63,756 nt of DNA, filler included, from Chiloscyllium plagiosum (GCF_004010195.1; 4 parts of one record of this genome joined end to end with filler, not necessarily neighbours in it); one strand, 5' to 3'. Shown: positions 1 to 12,595, counted from the whole stretch's first letter. Numbers and translations: made by a program. Notes: generated from the letters alone by a model not told the origin.

Positions 1-432
1 GAAGGTGCAAAACTTGACCTCCTCTTGGGAAATAAGGCAGCCCAGGGTGGGGCGGGTCATTACTGGGGGGGGGGGGGGGGGGCACTTTGTGAAGGTGAGA
101 GGGGTTTAATAAAAGCCACGAGGGATGTTGTTCTTTGAACAGAATGTGGAAGGCCCTCCCTGAGGGAGTGCTGGATGCAGGTACGGTTACCACGTTCAGA
201 AGACTCTCGGATGAGTCCGTGGATGGGAAAGGGTCAGAGGGGCACGGGGCCAGGAACAGGGCAGCTGTGGGACTGCTTTAGTTTGGGATTCGGGTCAGCA
301 TGGACTGGTTGGGCCAAAGGGTCTGCTTCTGTGCTGTATGACTCCCTACGACCGGCTGTTCTACAGGGATGTGCATCGCCCCGGGAGGTCGGATGTTGTT
401 TTGTTGTCCTTGGTGAGTGCATGCTCTACTCA

Positions 433-606
<174 letters not shown>

Positions 607-986
607 TTACTCCATCAGCTTTCCCTCCGCGGGAGATGGGTTTACCTCGGGAGACAGGGTGGGAGCTGTGTCGGACAGAGAGAGAGAGAGAGTGTGCGTG
701 CACTCAGGCTGACTTCCCAAGGCTACAGCAGGGCGAGAGGGGAGAGGCAGTCGTCAGTCACTGACACACACACACACACACACACGTACAGGCAGGCCGA
801 TCAACACAGGCAGACACAGGTGACTCACACAGACAGACACACACAGGTGACTTACACAGGCACACACAGGTGGCTCACACAGACAGAGACAGGCACCCAG
901 GGGACATACACACACACACTGAGACAGAGAAAGGTGACACACGAGGACAGACAGACACAGTCCCTCAGGAACTGCCTGGACCCTCA

Positions 987-1681
<695 letters not shown>

Positions 1682-2566
1682 ACAGCAGCACGGAGAGGAA
1701 GAGGGAGGAGATAGGGGAGTCAGGGTGAGAGAGGAGGGTGGTGGAGGGCATAGTGAGAGGAAGGGGGGTAGAGAGATGGGAGTGGACATAGTTGAGGAGT
1801 TGAGGGTACACAAAAGGAGATTTGGGAGTGAGAGAGAGAGAGACAGACATGGGAGAATGAGAGAGAGGGAGAGGGGCGACTCAGTTGGTGAGAGAGGGAG
1901 GGAACGAGAGTGGGGTGGGGTAGGAGAATGAGGCAGTGTGAGAAAGAGTGAGGGAGTGAATGAAGAAGAAGGACAATGAGAGAGAGAGAGAGAGTGAGCA
2001 TGCAGGAGGCAGAATGGCCACAGACAGATGGGAGTGAACGGGGGAGGTGGAGTGTGAACACAAGGGGATGAGGCAGGCCATGGGTAGAGGGTAGGGGTAA
2101 CAGGACCCCTCAGGGCTTTGCGAGTGTTACTCCCATGTTCCGCCTTCATGTCTCCGGATGGAGGTGCCTGGTGTTGGGTGCTGTACGGTCAGGTTTTCAC
2201 ATGCCCCCCCCCCTTTGCCCATCCCAGGGGGGCATGCCCCATGGGTTAGCGGAACGAGAGGGGGATCCCGTGGAGCGGCGGGGGGGGGGTCTGAGGCTCG
2301 GGCTGGGTGGCTGAACCCTCCGCGCTTCCCCCTCCCCAATCCCCACCGCCCTCCGAGGGGTGGCCGTGAGCGCGGGGGCAGGGTGGGTCTGGGGCTTATA
2401 CGGCACAGACCCCAGGGTACACTGGGGCGGGGACACGGGGCACCGTGCCCTCTACAGTGGCCCTCCCCTCCCCCAACCTCAAACACCCCTCCCCACGCAA
2501 CACCCCAACCCCCAACGCCAACCCATCCCCCAACACCCACAGTCTCCCACCCTCTCTCGAACTGAC

Positions 2567-2607
2567 CTGGCATCAACAGCTAACACCTGCTGCCAGATTG
2601 TGGCCAT
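2567..2607 (-). CDS. WDR13: WDR13 first coding segment (MATIWQQVLAVDAR); exon probably begins at 2667
   Basis: ATG at 2607-2605, 41 nt to a gtcagt donor. The split AG|G codon joins exon 2 in frame. Human is MAAVWQQVLAVDAR. Acceptor cttcccacag lies just upstream of 2667. Confidence 0.93.
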
Positions 2608-3050
2608 TCCCTGGGCACCAGCAGCTGTTCACCGTGATCCAGACTCCGGGCACCTGGTCTCCACCATCTGTGGGAAGCACCAAGCAGAGGGTGAGCAGCG
2701 GAGGCACGACACGCAGGTATAAGCCCTGGGGAAACAGCTGTGGCGGGAGGTAAGGGGGAGGACTAGTGGGACCGGGACTGGGTGGGCTTGTATCTGCACC
2801 ACAGCTCAGGCTGGCAAAAGTGAGCTGCCTTCCTGAACCCCCTCACTTGGGCCTGTATACACGGAGTTTATAACAAGAGGCGACCACACTGAAAGAGATA
2901 AGGGGGACCTGATGGGAGGAGGTGTGGAGAGGCTGTGGGAGTGACAGTTCCCCCATTGGGAATGGGGAGGAATCTCTGCATTCTCCAAGGGAAAGGAATC
3001 TGTGGGATTCTTTACCTCAGAGCGCTGTTCAGGCTGGGTCGCTCGAGACC

Positions 3051-3191
3051 AAGGGGTTTAATCAGGAAGGGGGAATCGAGGGGTTATATTCCAGGCCGAG
3101 GGGTTTAATCAGGAAGGGGGAATCGAGGGGTTATATTCCAGGCCGAGGGGTTTAATCAGGAAGGGGGAATCGAGGGGTTATATTCCAGGCT
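3051..3191. repeat. 47-bp minisatellite, 3 copies, inside a decayed CR1 3' end
   Basis: Unit gaggggtttaatcaggaagggggaatcgaggggttatattccaggcc starts at 3051, 3098 and 3145. Confidence 0.9.
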
Positions 3192-3759
3192 GAGAGAGAG
3201 AGAGAGAGAGAGAGAGTTTTTCAATCAGGAAATCGTGGAATGGGGGTGGTGGGTTGTTAGGGCAATGAGAGTTTTGGACGATCAGATGAGCCACTATCTC
3301 ATGGAACGGTGGTGAGGACCCACCCCACCCCACCCCAGCTCACTCCCTCATCCCTGGGGCTTGGGTAGAATCAATCATTTGAGCCCACCCAGGGTGGGAC
3401 AGGAGTGGGGTGGCATGTCAAGTTTCTGGAGACCACCAGGGGAGATGGAGAGAGTCAGCTCCCCACCTTCTCGACCCCTTCCCCCTCGCTCCAGGCGCGG
3501 TGACCCTCGCATTCCACTCACCCCCTGTAGTCTCTGAAGAGAGAGAGAGAGAGAGAGCAAACAGTTTCTTCAAGACGTTTTGTGGCAAAATTGTTTTCAA
3601 ATTTAGTTAATTGGTGCTTGACCTGAACACTTTTCAGGCAAAGTTTAAATGATGATTGTGCTGCAGTGAAATTTGGAAAAAAAAAATTTGTTATATGTAA
3701 TTAAATCAGGTAACAGGGTGGGAAATAACAAAATAAAAACATCAGAAATGCTCATCCAT

Positions 3760-4890
3760 TTCCGGGTGGCCAAAGGAAGGAGAGCACTTCCGCGTTTGGC
3801 AGCGCTCCCATTGGCTAGCCTGCACCGGTTTCCCACCCCGCATTGGTCTATTCCTCTGTATATCAAAGAGAGCAGACACGGCGATTGGTGCATATTCGCC
3901 GCCACCCTCCCGGTTCCGCCGTCCATTGGCCGCGTTTCCCGTCCGTCAGCGGGGGAGCCGGTTGATTGGTTCGCTTTGAGGGCGTTGCGGCTATCCGGCT
4001 ACGCCCACTAGCCGAGATTCCCGTCTGTCAAGCTAGGAGCTGGTGGAGGGCGTGCCTACCCATTGGGTGGGCTTCCCGTCTGTCAACCCCAGAGCGGTTG
4101 ATTGGTCGGCAATGAGGGCGTGACAACAGGACAAAGAGACTCATTAGCCGAGCTTCCCGTCTGTCAAAGGAGGAGGAGCGGGATGATTGGTTAGTGGTAG
4201 GCGCGAGCCAGCACGGCACCATCCCGGACACCCCATTGGATAGGAGACATTGATTGGCATGCCGTTGCACGCAACGTAGTCATACCCTCTCGGCCGATTG
4301 GTCAAACCGTCCGTGAGTCAAAGAAGGCGGCCGTACACTGATTGGCTGAAAGCGGTTGGCCCGACTTGCAGCCGCACCTTCCAATTGGCGAAGCCGCCCG
4401 TCAGTCAGATACAAGCCGCTACAGTGGCCGCTCATGGGCTGGCACAACTGCCAATCAACCTGGAAGGCATACGATTGGCTGGAAGATCGGATAACGGGCG
4501 GAATTGAGGGCCGCCCGCCAGACCGTTAGGAGACCCTCAATCCAGACGGAGAGGGGGATGGCATTAAAGGGGATCGGCCGCCGCCCGTCACCTTGTCTTA
4601 TGCGACAGCGAACGAATAAGAATTAAAGAAAACCGAGTACCTCAGAGAGCGCCCCACCCCCACACTCCAGAAGCTTCGCCCGCTGCCGCCTTTGGTCGCG
4701 GCCCACGGCTGCGCAGAAGCACTTGCCCGTGGAATCACGTGGCCCACCCTGCCCTCACCGGAAGTTGGCGGGACCTTCCCACGCCTGCCTCCGGTGACCT
4801 TACCGGAAGTGGACCTGGGCGGGGAAGGAACACGTCATCTCTCTCCCTTGCTGGTTGCTAAGGGGGAGCGCGGCCTTGGTTACCGTCCTC
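3760..4890 (-). promoter_or_regulatory. CpG island / WDR13 promoter and probable non-coding first exon
   Basis: CpG-rich and free of interspersed repeats. About 15 ATTGG/CCAAT boxes, two ETS CCGGAAGT sites (~4758, ~4803), a GC box (~4817) and an E-box CACGTG (~4736). Candidate minus-strand donor gag|gtactc at 4641/4640. Confidence 0.7.
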
Positions 4891-5727
4891 CCTGAAGCCT
4901 GGCATGACCATTGTCCCTACCAGAGTCAAAGGTTGGGCTTGTGTGGGGTGGTATTTCATGAAATTAGATCTTGTTTGCTTGAGGTGGGGAGAGGTTCCAA
5001 TGGAGGCATTTTAGCCTCCAATTGGGGAGGGTCTGGCACACACACAACGGGCTGAATGGCCTCTTTTCCCCCCTTCCACACTGTCTCCCGCCAGCGACCC
5101 CACCAGCTCGTTTCACGGTGAACCGGATTACGTTTCAATATCACCTCAAAGGCTCCAGCAAGAGAGAGTCTAACCATCGCCCCCTTGACATTCAATGGTG
5201 TCACCATCACTGAATCCCCCTCCCCCCACTATCAACATCCTGGGGGTTACCGTCNNNNNNNNNNNNNNNNNNNNNNNNNNNNNNNNNNNNNNNNNNNNNN
5301 NNNNNNNNNNNNNNNNNNNNNNNNNNNNNNNNNNNNNNNNNNNNNNNNNNNNNNNNNNNNNNNNNNNNNNNNNNNNNNNNNNNNNNNNNNNNNNNNNNNN
5401 NNNNNNNNNNNNNNNNNNNNNNNNNNNNNNNNNNNNNNNNNNNNNNNNNNNNNNNNNNNNNNNNNNNNNNNNNNNNNNNNNNNNNNNNNNNNNNNNNNNN
5501 NNNNNNNNNNNNNNNNNNNNNNNNNNNNNNNNNNNNNNNNNNNNNNNNNNNNNNNNNNNNNNNNNNNNNNNNNNNNNNNNNNNNNNNNNNNNNNNNNNNN
5601 NNNNNNNNNNNNNNNNNNNNNNNNNNNNNNNNNNNNNNNNNNNNNNNNNNNNNNNNNNNNNNNNNNNNNNNNNNNNNNNNNNNNNNNNNNNNNNNNNNNN
5701 NNNNNNNNNNNNNNNNNNNNNNNNNNN

Positions 5728-6930
5728 GGAGTTTAAGACCTGTGAGGTTATGCTGCAGCTCCATACAGCCCTGGTTAGTCCACATTTGGAATATTGTGTT
5801 ATGTTCTGGTCGCCTCATTATAGGAAAGATGTGGAAGCTTTGAAGAGGGTGCATCAGAGATTCATCAGGATGATTTCTGGATTGGAGAGCAGATCTAATA
5901 GAGAAATATTGGGGAATCCAGGGCTTTTCTCATTGGAATGAAAAAGGATGAGAGCTGACTTGATAGAGGTGTACAAGATGATGAGAGGCAGACAGAGTGG
6001 ATAGCCCGAGAATGTTCGCTTGTGAAAATGGCTATAACCTTGGGGCATAGGTTTAAGGTAATTGGAGGAAGGTTTATGGGAGATGTCAGAGGTAGGTACG
6101 TTACACAGAGAGTGGTGGGGTATGTGGAATGCACTGACACTGTTGGTGGTAGAGACAGTTACATTAGGGATATTTAATTAACTTTTGCACATGCAAATGG
6201 ATGAGAGTAAAATGAATTTCTCAAAATGGAGACATGTGCCCTGTGGCGTTCCACGAGGATCCGTGCTGGGTCCACTGTTGTTTGTGATATACATAAATGA
6301 TTTGGAGGAAGATATCGGTTGCCTGATTAGCATGTTTGCAGATGACACTAAGATTGGCGGAATAGCAGACAGTGAAGGGGACTGTTAGAGAATACAGCAG
6401 TGTATAGATTGAAGAGATGGGCAGAGAAATGGCAGATGGGGAGTTCAATCTGGGCAAATTTCAGAAGATCCAATTCAAGAGCAAACTAAATGGAAAAGTC
6501 CTGGGGAAATCTGACGTACAGAGAGATCTGGATATTCAGGTCAATTGTTCCTTGAAGGTGACAATGCAGTCAGTAAAGTGGTCAAGGCGGCATACGACAT
6601 GCTTTCTTTCACTGGAGGGGATAATGAGTAAAAGAGTTTGAAGGTCATGTTACAGTTGTATTGGACTTTGGTTCGACCACATTTGGAATATTACGTAATT
6701 TCTGCTCACCACATTAACAAAAGGGTGTGGATGCATTGGAGAGGGTGCAGGGGAGGTTCACCGGGATGTTGTCTGGTATGGAAGGGGCTAGCTTTGAAGA
6801 AAGTTTGAATAGATTCGGATTATTTTCATTAGAAAGACAAAGGTTGACTGGGGACCTGATCGAGGTCTACAAAATCATGGGATGTACAGACAGGGTAGAT
6901 AGCAAGAAGCTTTCTCCCCCAGAGTGTGGT
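5728..6930 (+). mobile_element. Decayed CR1 LINE ORF2 fragments
   Basis: [25 protein letters not shown] and PHLEYCV motifs with stops and frameshifts. Confidence 0.9.
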
Positions 6931-7664
6931 GAATGGAACAGATTACAGAGATAAAGTGGGTTGCATTGACTGGAGGACCAAACAGAGATGGAGGGTAGTC
7001 GTGACTGAAGATGTTTATAGATATAGGAAGGTTTACTTCTGCAAATTATTTAGACATGGAGGGTGTGGAGTCTGACAGATTTTCCAGAAGGACAGTACTT
7101 TTGGTTGGAGCCAGTTTCAAAGAAAAGAGAGCATTTGTTACCTCCTCCAATTTGGTCAAAGTGGGAAGGGTTGTAGGGGAGGGTGACATTTCCACAGATA
7201 GGGGTATATGAGCTGGAGAAGGTTATGGAGATGAGTAAATGCATGACAATACAGGAGGAACTTACATTGATAGGGTGGGTGTTGGCAACAGGAAGATGTC
7301 ACACATACAGTGAGTCTTGTCGGAACTGGATCGGGAGAATTACAGGCTTTCAGTGGGTTCTACAGACCGGGAATGCTGCAGGCACCTGAAAGGCTTGTCG
7401 AGTCTCCAGTGAGTGATATTGTCTTTAGGACGGGAATAGTTTACGGAGATACGGAAACATTGAAGACAATGTATGCTATTTTCTTTTTCTTGTACAGAGC
7501 GTCAATATCCCTCATGAGCCAGGGATCCCTAAACCTGCCAACTTTTCCCTTCACTCTAACGGGGACACATTGGCCCTGGATTCTTGAGATCACACTTTTA
7601 AAAGCCTCCCATTTGTCCGTCATTCCATTTCCTCCAAACAGACTCACCCAGTTGATGGGAGCAT

Positions 7665-7980
7665 GATGTGGAGGAGCCTATGTTGGACGGGGAGGGGTGG
7701 GGTGGGGGGCAAAGTTAAAAATCACACAACACCAGCTTGACAGTCCAGCAGGTTTATTTAGAGGCACTAGGTTTCAGAGCGCTGCTCCTTCATCAGGTGG
7801 TTGTGGAGCACAATCATAAGGCACAGAATGTATAGCAACAGGATTGCAGTGTCATGGAATGTAATAACAAACAAATTTAGTGGAAGTTATATCTTTTAGG
7901 CTGATCACCTGCGCTTGGAAAGCTAGTGCTTTGAAATAAACCTGTTGGATTATAACCTGGTGTTGTGTGATTTTTAATTC
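7665..7980. mobile_element. Fold-back PLE-derived element with degenerate hammerhead motifs, inserted in a minus-strand CR1 (~7480-8395)
   Basis: Inverted aaaaatcacacaacacc / ggtgttgtgtgattttt arms. Minus-strand CTGATGA-ggagcagcgctct-GAAA at 7765-7799. Confidence 0.7.
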
Positions 7981-9122
7981 ACCCAATCGAACCCTGCTCG
8001 ATCCTGCCTCATGGCCCCAAACCTGTCCCCGCTCCAGTTAAAGACATTAATCTGTGGACCTGTCTGATCTTTTTCCATAACTTTGTTAAAACTCAGACAG
8101 TTGTGTTCACTGGACTCAAAGTGCTCTCCGACTGACACTTCAGTCACTTGCCTGACCTCGTTTTCTGAGGACAGGTCCAGTGTTGCACCCGCCTGAGTAG
8201 AGTGGGGCCCTCTACATATTGATTTATGAAAATTTCTTGGACACATTTGACAAATTCCACTCCATACGGGCCTTTTACACTCTGGGTGGCCAAGTCAATC
8301 GAGGGGAAGTTAAAATCTCAAACCAATACTATCCTACTATTTCTATAGGTACCTGCAATCTCTCTACACATCTGCCCCTGTAGTACCCGCTGGCTNNNNN
8401 NNNNNNNNNNNNNNNNNNNNNNNNNNNNNNNNNNNNNNNNNNNNNNNNNNNNNNNNNNNNNNNNNNNNNNNNNNNNNNNNNNNNNNNNNNNNNNNNNNNN
8501 NNNNNNNNNNNNNNNNNNNNNNNNNNNNNNNNNNNNNNNNNNNNNNNNNNNNNNNNNNNNNNNNNNNNNNNNNNNNNNNNNNNNNNNNNNNNNNNNNNNN
8601 NNNNNNNNNNNNNNNNNNNNNNNNNNNNNNNNNNNNNNNNNNNNNNNNNNNNNNNNNNNNNNNNNNNNNNCCCCCCCCCCCCACTCCCACTTCCCACCAC
8701 CAGGACGTCAGCAGCCCCAGGGCCAAAGGCCTCAGGATGTGGGGCTTCCAAAGGCCTGAGGCCTGTAGGCCTCAAGGTGGAGACCAGACCCTTGGCAACA
8801 CCTTTCCATCAGCCCCCCTGCTCTCGCCCTGACGCCGACAGAGTCCAGCACGCGCGCTGTCAGCCACTCCCTCCCTTTCCGCACAGTTCTGATTTTCTTC
8901 AGAAATTCACGCTCCGTCTTGGCTCCGTTTCATTCAGGGTCGGTCTCTCTCCAAAAGCGGGCGAGAAGTGCCGGGGGGGGGTCTCCACTGCACCGGCCCA
9001 CCCAACCCACCGTCCCTCACTGCTCCCCTGACATCACCCACCCCTTCCCCCCGCCCGAGAGAGTAGGGCCATACCTTTGTTTCCCCAGATGGACGTCAAC
9101 GTATAGGCCTCAGGCCTTCCGG

Positions 9123-9206
9123 TCAAGAGGTGAAAGCGACGACGACAATGATGGCGATGATAATCAGCAGCACAACAGAGACGCAGACAATTAAGCACAG
9201 CTTCTT
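9123..9206 (-). CDS. Terminal coding exon of a syntaxin-1/2/3/4-type SNARE (KKLCLIVCVSVVLLIIIAIIVVVAFTS*)
   Basis: gtcttacag acceptor, then KK, a ~23-residue hydrophobic anchor and TGA. A candidate donor aaag|gtatgg lies 48 nt after the stop (9075/9074). No upstream exons were found in this piece. Confidence 0.65.
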   Translation of the reverse strand, partial: KKLCLIVCVSVVLLIIIAIIVVVAFTS

Positions 9207-9391
9207 CTGTAAGACACAGGGGGAGAGAGAGAGAGAGATTGGGACTGCAGAGACAGAGCTACGGTTGGGTCACAGAGAATCTAACCATCACCCTCAGAGA
9301 CGCAGACAATTAAGCACAGCTTCTTCTGTAAGACACAGGGGGGGGAGAGAGAGAGATTGGGACTGCAGAGACAGAGCTACGGTTGGGTCAC

Positions 9392-10075
9392 AGAGAATCT
9401 AACCATCACCCTTTTGACGTTCAATGGCGTTACCATCACTGAATCCCACCCCCTTTCCCCACTATCAACATCCTGGGGGTTCCCATTGAGAGAGAATCTA
9501 ACCATCGCCCCCTTGACATTCAATGGTGTTACCATCACTGAATATCACTGATTACTTCCCAATAGCAACATTCTGGGGGTCACCATCTCCAACAGGAGAG
9601 AATCTAACCATTGCCCCCTTGATGTTCAATGGCGTTACCATCACTGAATTCCCCCCTCCCCCCACTATCAACATCCTGGGGGTTACCGTCCCCAACAAGA
9701 GAGAATCTAACCATCGTCCCCTTGACGTTCAATGGCGTTACCATCACTGAATCCTCCCCACTATCAACATCCTGGGGTTTAGCATTTCCAATGAGAGAGA
9801 ATCTAACGATTAACGCCATTGAACATCAAGGGGACAATATCACTGAATCCTCCCACTACTGACATCCTGGGGATTACCATCTCCAACAAGAGAGGATCTA
9901 ACCATCGCCCCCTTGATGTTCAATGGCGTTACCATCACTAAATCCCCTCCCCCCACTATCAACATCCTGGGGATTACCATCTCCAACGAGAAAGAATCTA
10001 ACCTTTGTGCTCTTGACGTTAAATGGTGTTACTGTCACTGAATGTCCCCCCGCCCCGCCAGTGTCTCCATCCTGG
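9392..10075 (+). repeat. ~100-bp minisatellite derived from a LINE ORF2 segment, about 7 copies; another copy at ~5160-5254
   Basis: Repeated agagaatctaaccatcgcccccttgacattcaatggtgttaccatcactgaatcc...actatcaacatcctggggg, reading PLTFNGVTITESPTINILGVT. Confidence 0.8.
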
Positions 10076-10684
10076 GTAGAGTGCTAGATTTGAGCTCGGC
10101 TTAAACATTTTGAGGAATCGATTCATAACCTGCTAAGGGGAAAGAGGCTGGTGGCAAAGCTTAAGATATAAATAAAAATGTTAACTAAATGTAAGATGGG
10201 GTGGAACAATGAAGCAGTTCAATCAGGGTGAGGGCTACAGCAGTCGGTGCCAACAAGAGACCAAGAGAGGCAAGTAAGAAGGAATGTGCTGGTAGTGAGG
10301 AACAAATTCATGTGGGGTAGATGGTAAGTCACTTCTCTCTAGATATCTATGTATCGACTAGAAATATCAGATGAGCAGAGATGCGTTTGTAGGTTGTTTT
10401 CAGAGTAGTTTCTTCAAACAAACCGTTCTGGATCTGAGCAGGCGACGCTAGACCCAGTATTGTGCAACGAGGGAGGATTAATGAGGAACAATCTCACTGT
10501 GAGGGCCCCTGGGCAGCAGCGATCATAATATGATTGAATTTTGAGTGGGTGAGGAATAGGTCTCAGACTATTTCATTAAATTTAAATAAAGGCAAATTAT
10601 GAGGGAATAAAACATCTGAGTAAAATGAAGTGGCAAATGAGTCCGATGTATAGTTCAATGGCTGACATGTTCAGGGATATTTTA

Positions 10685-11005
10685 GGGCGGCACGGTGGCT
10701 CAGTGGTTAGCACTCTGCCTCACAGCACCAGGGTCCTGGGTTCGATTCCCACCTGTCTGTGTGGAGTTTGCACGTTCTCCCCATGTCTGCGTGGGTTTCC
10801 TCTGGGTGCTCTGGTTTCATCCCATAATCCAAAGATGTGCAGGTTAGGTGAATTGGCCATGCTAAATTGCCCTCAGTGTTAGGTGCGTTAGTCAGAAGTA
10901 AATATAGGGTAGGGGAATGGGTCTGGGTGGGTTGCTCTTCGGAGGGGCGGTGTGGACTTGTTGGGCCAAAGGGCCTGTTTCCACACTGTAGAGAATCTAG
11001 TCTAA
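10685..11005 (+). mobile_element. tRNA-derived V-SINE (HE1-like)
   Basis: A box tggctcagtgg, B box ggttcgattcc, V domain tgtgtggagtttgcacgttctcccc, CR1-like tail. Confidence 0.88.
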
Positions 11006-11186
11006 TCAATATGCAAAGTATGGAAACCTCCAAGGCACCGTCCATAATTAACTATAAATGGTAAAGGTAATATTATAGGTAAAAGAAAACGTATACAACA
11101 CCACAAAGACAGGTGGCAGGTCAAAACATTGGACACAATGATGTAAATAGCAAGTAGGAATTATCAGCAGTGCTTCGCCTGGAGGC

Positions 11187-11226
11187 CCACTGAAGATGTT
11201 ACCTAGTAAGGTGACGAAACGTCTGG
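11187..11226 (+). ncRNA. Minimal type I hammerhead ribozyme motif in a PLE terminal repeat
   Basis: cca-CTGAAGA-t-gttacc(tagtaa)ggtgac-GAA-ACGT-C-tgg: intact core, 6-bp stem II, cca/tgg stem I, palindromic ACGT in place of helix III. Confidence 0.75.
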
Positions 11227-12078
11227 AAATGAACCTTCCAGCTCAGCGAGCAAACCTACATCCAGAACCTCAACCGGAACCACAAATCTCCTGCTTAATT
11301 TAAACCGGCAACACAGAAAAGAGTATTCGTGTGCAGTAATCTGAAAATTCGAGAGGCCAGGAATGATTTAAAGTAAAAATTCACAACTTTATTTCTTAAG
11401 GTATAACAGAGAATAATTAACAAACAACTATTTACAACTCCTTCCTCGAATCTATCTTTTACTTTCCCCTTCGACAATACATGTCCGATAAAATGCCCCA
11501 ATTAAGATTTATTAAAAATTCCAGTTTTCAAAAGCCAGATGTCAAATCTTCTCTTCTTCAGTCTTCTTTTCTTAGGGATTTCTGTTTCACAGGTGACTGA
11601 TCGATAAAGGTACCTTAAAGAGAGCTATTCTCCAGGCAGTCGGCAGATGTTGGTGGCTTGACAGTTCTCCACCCAACTGTTGAATTTTCCCCAGTCTTAT
11701 GCACAAAAGCATCAGATTATGTCATTGGTTTTTAAGATTGTCAATATACTCAATTCAAACTTGATAGGTGTTTGGCATTTTTCAGGGTATAATTTAAGCT
11801 GATTGGCCTAATTTGAATTGATTTTGTTGTTTCCAGCTCCCCTAGCTACTGAACCATGTGTTACATTATATCTTGTTGAGGACACTTGGTGCTGTCAGGT
11901 AGTTGTGCTATATTTTTACTCTCTTAAAGGTACAGTGCTGTTCATATCAACAAACACATCGAGTTAGACCCCATCTGCCACCCCTGAGAAAAAGAACAGG
12001 AAATGACATCACCAACCCAAAGAAACCCAAACATATAAATAGAAAGCAGGAAACATCAGCAGTGCTTCGTCCGGAGGC

Positions 12079-12118
12079 TCACTGAAGATGTTACCGAGTA
12101 TGGTGATGAAACGTCTGG
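12079..12118 (+). ncRNA. Minimal type I hammerhead ribozyme motif (same family as 11187)
   Basis: tca-CTGAAGA-t-gttacc(gagtat)ggtgat-GAA-ACGT-C-tgg. Confidence 0.65.
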
Positions 12119-12209
12119 AAATGAACCTTCCAGCTCAGCGAGCAAACCTACGTCCAAGATTTACAAGGGTTTTGCCAGGGTTAGAGAGTTTGAGCGAAAG
12201 GGAGAGGCT

Positions 12210-12595
12210 GTTGTGGTTCTGTTCGCCGAGCTGGAAGTTTTTGTTGCAAACGATTCGTCCCCTGGCTAGGCGACATCATCAGTGCTTGGGAGCCTCCTGC
12301 GAAGCGCTTCTTTGATGTTTCCTCCGGTGTTTATAGTGGTCTGTCCCTGCCGCTTCGGGTTGTCAGTTTCAGCTGTCCGCTGTAATGGTTGGTATATTGG
12401 ATTGTTAGCTGTCTTCCTGTTTGTCCTATATAGTGTTTAGTGCAGTCCTTGCATGGTATTTTGTACACTACATTCGTCTTGCTCATGTTGGGTATCGGGT
12501 CCTTCGTTCTGGTGAGTTGTTGTCTGAGCGTGGCTGTTGGTTTGTGTGCCGTTATGAGTCCTAGGGGTCTCAGTAGTCTGGCTGTCAGTTCCGAG
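12210..12595 (-). mobile_element. Penelope-like element fragment (Poseidon-type GIY-YIG region)
   Basis: Minus strand reads MSKTNVVYKIPCKDCTKHYIGQTGRQL. A degenerate hammerhead sits at ~12246-12285. Confidence 0.8.

Noticed and set aside
5185..5941. Long ORFs spanning N runs (also ~17920-18622, 22661-23614, 33534-34272, 47753-48692)
   Set aside because: Their length is an artefact of untranslatable gaps; the flanks are repeat fragments.
6960..7440. Unassigned segment with short ORFs
   Set aside because: No recognisable protein motif or convincing splice-site pair, so no call can be supported.
9392..10075. CRISPR-like array
   Set aside because: Eukaryotic context; whole units are homologous with no unique spacers, and there are no cas genes.
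10685..10750. tRNA genes at SINE heads
   Set aside because: The A/B boxes continue directly into the V domain and LINE-like tail, so these are SINEs.
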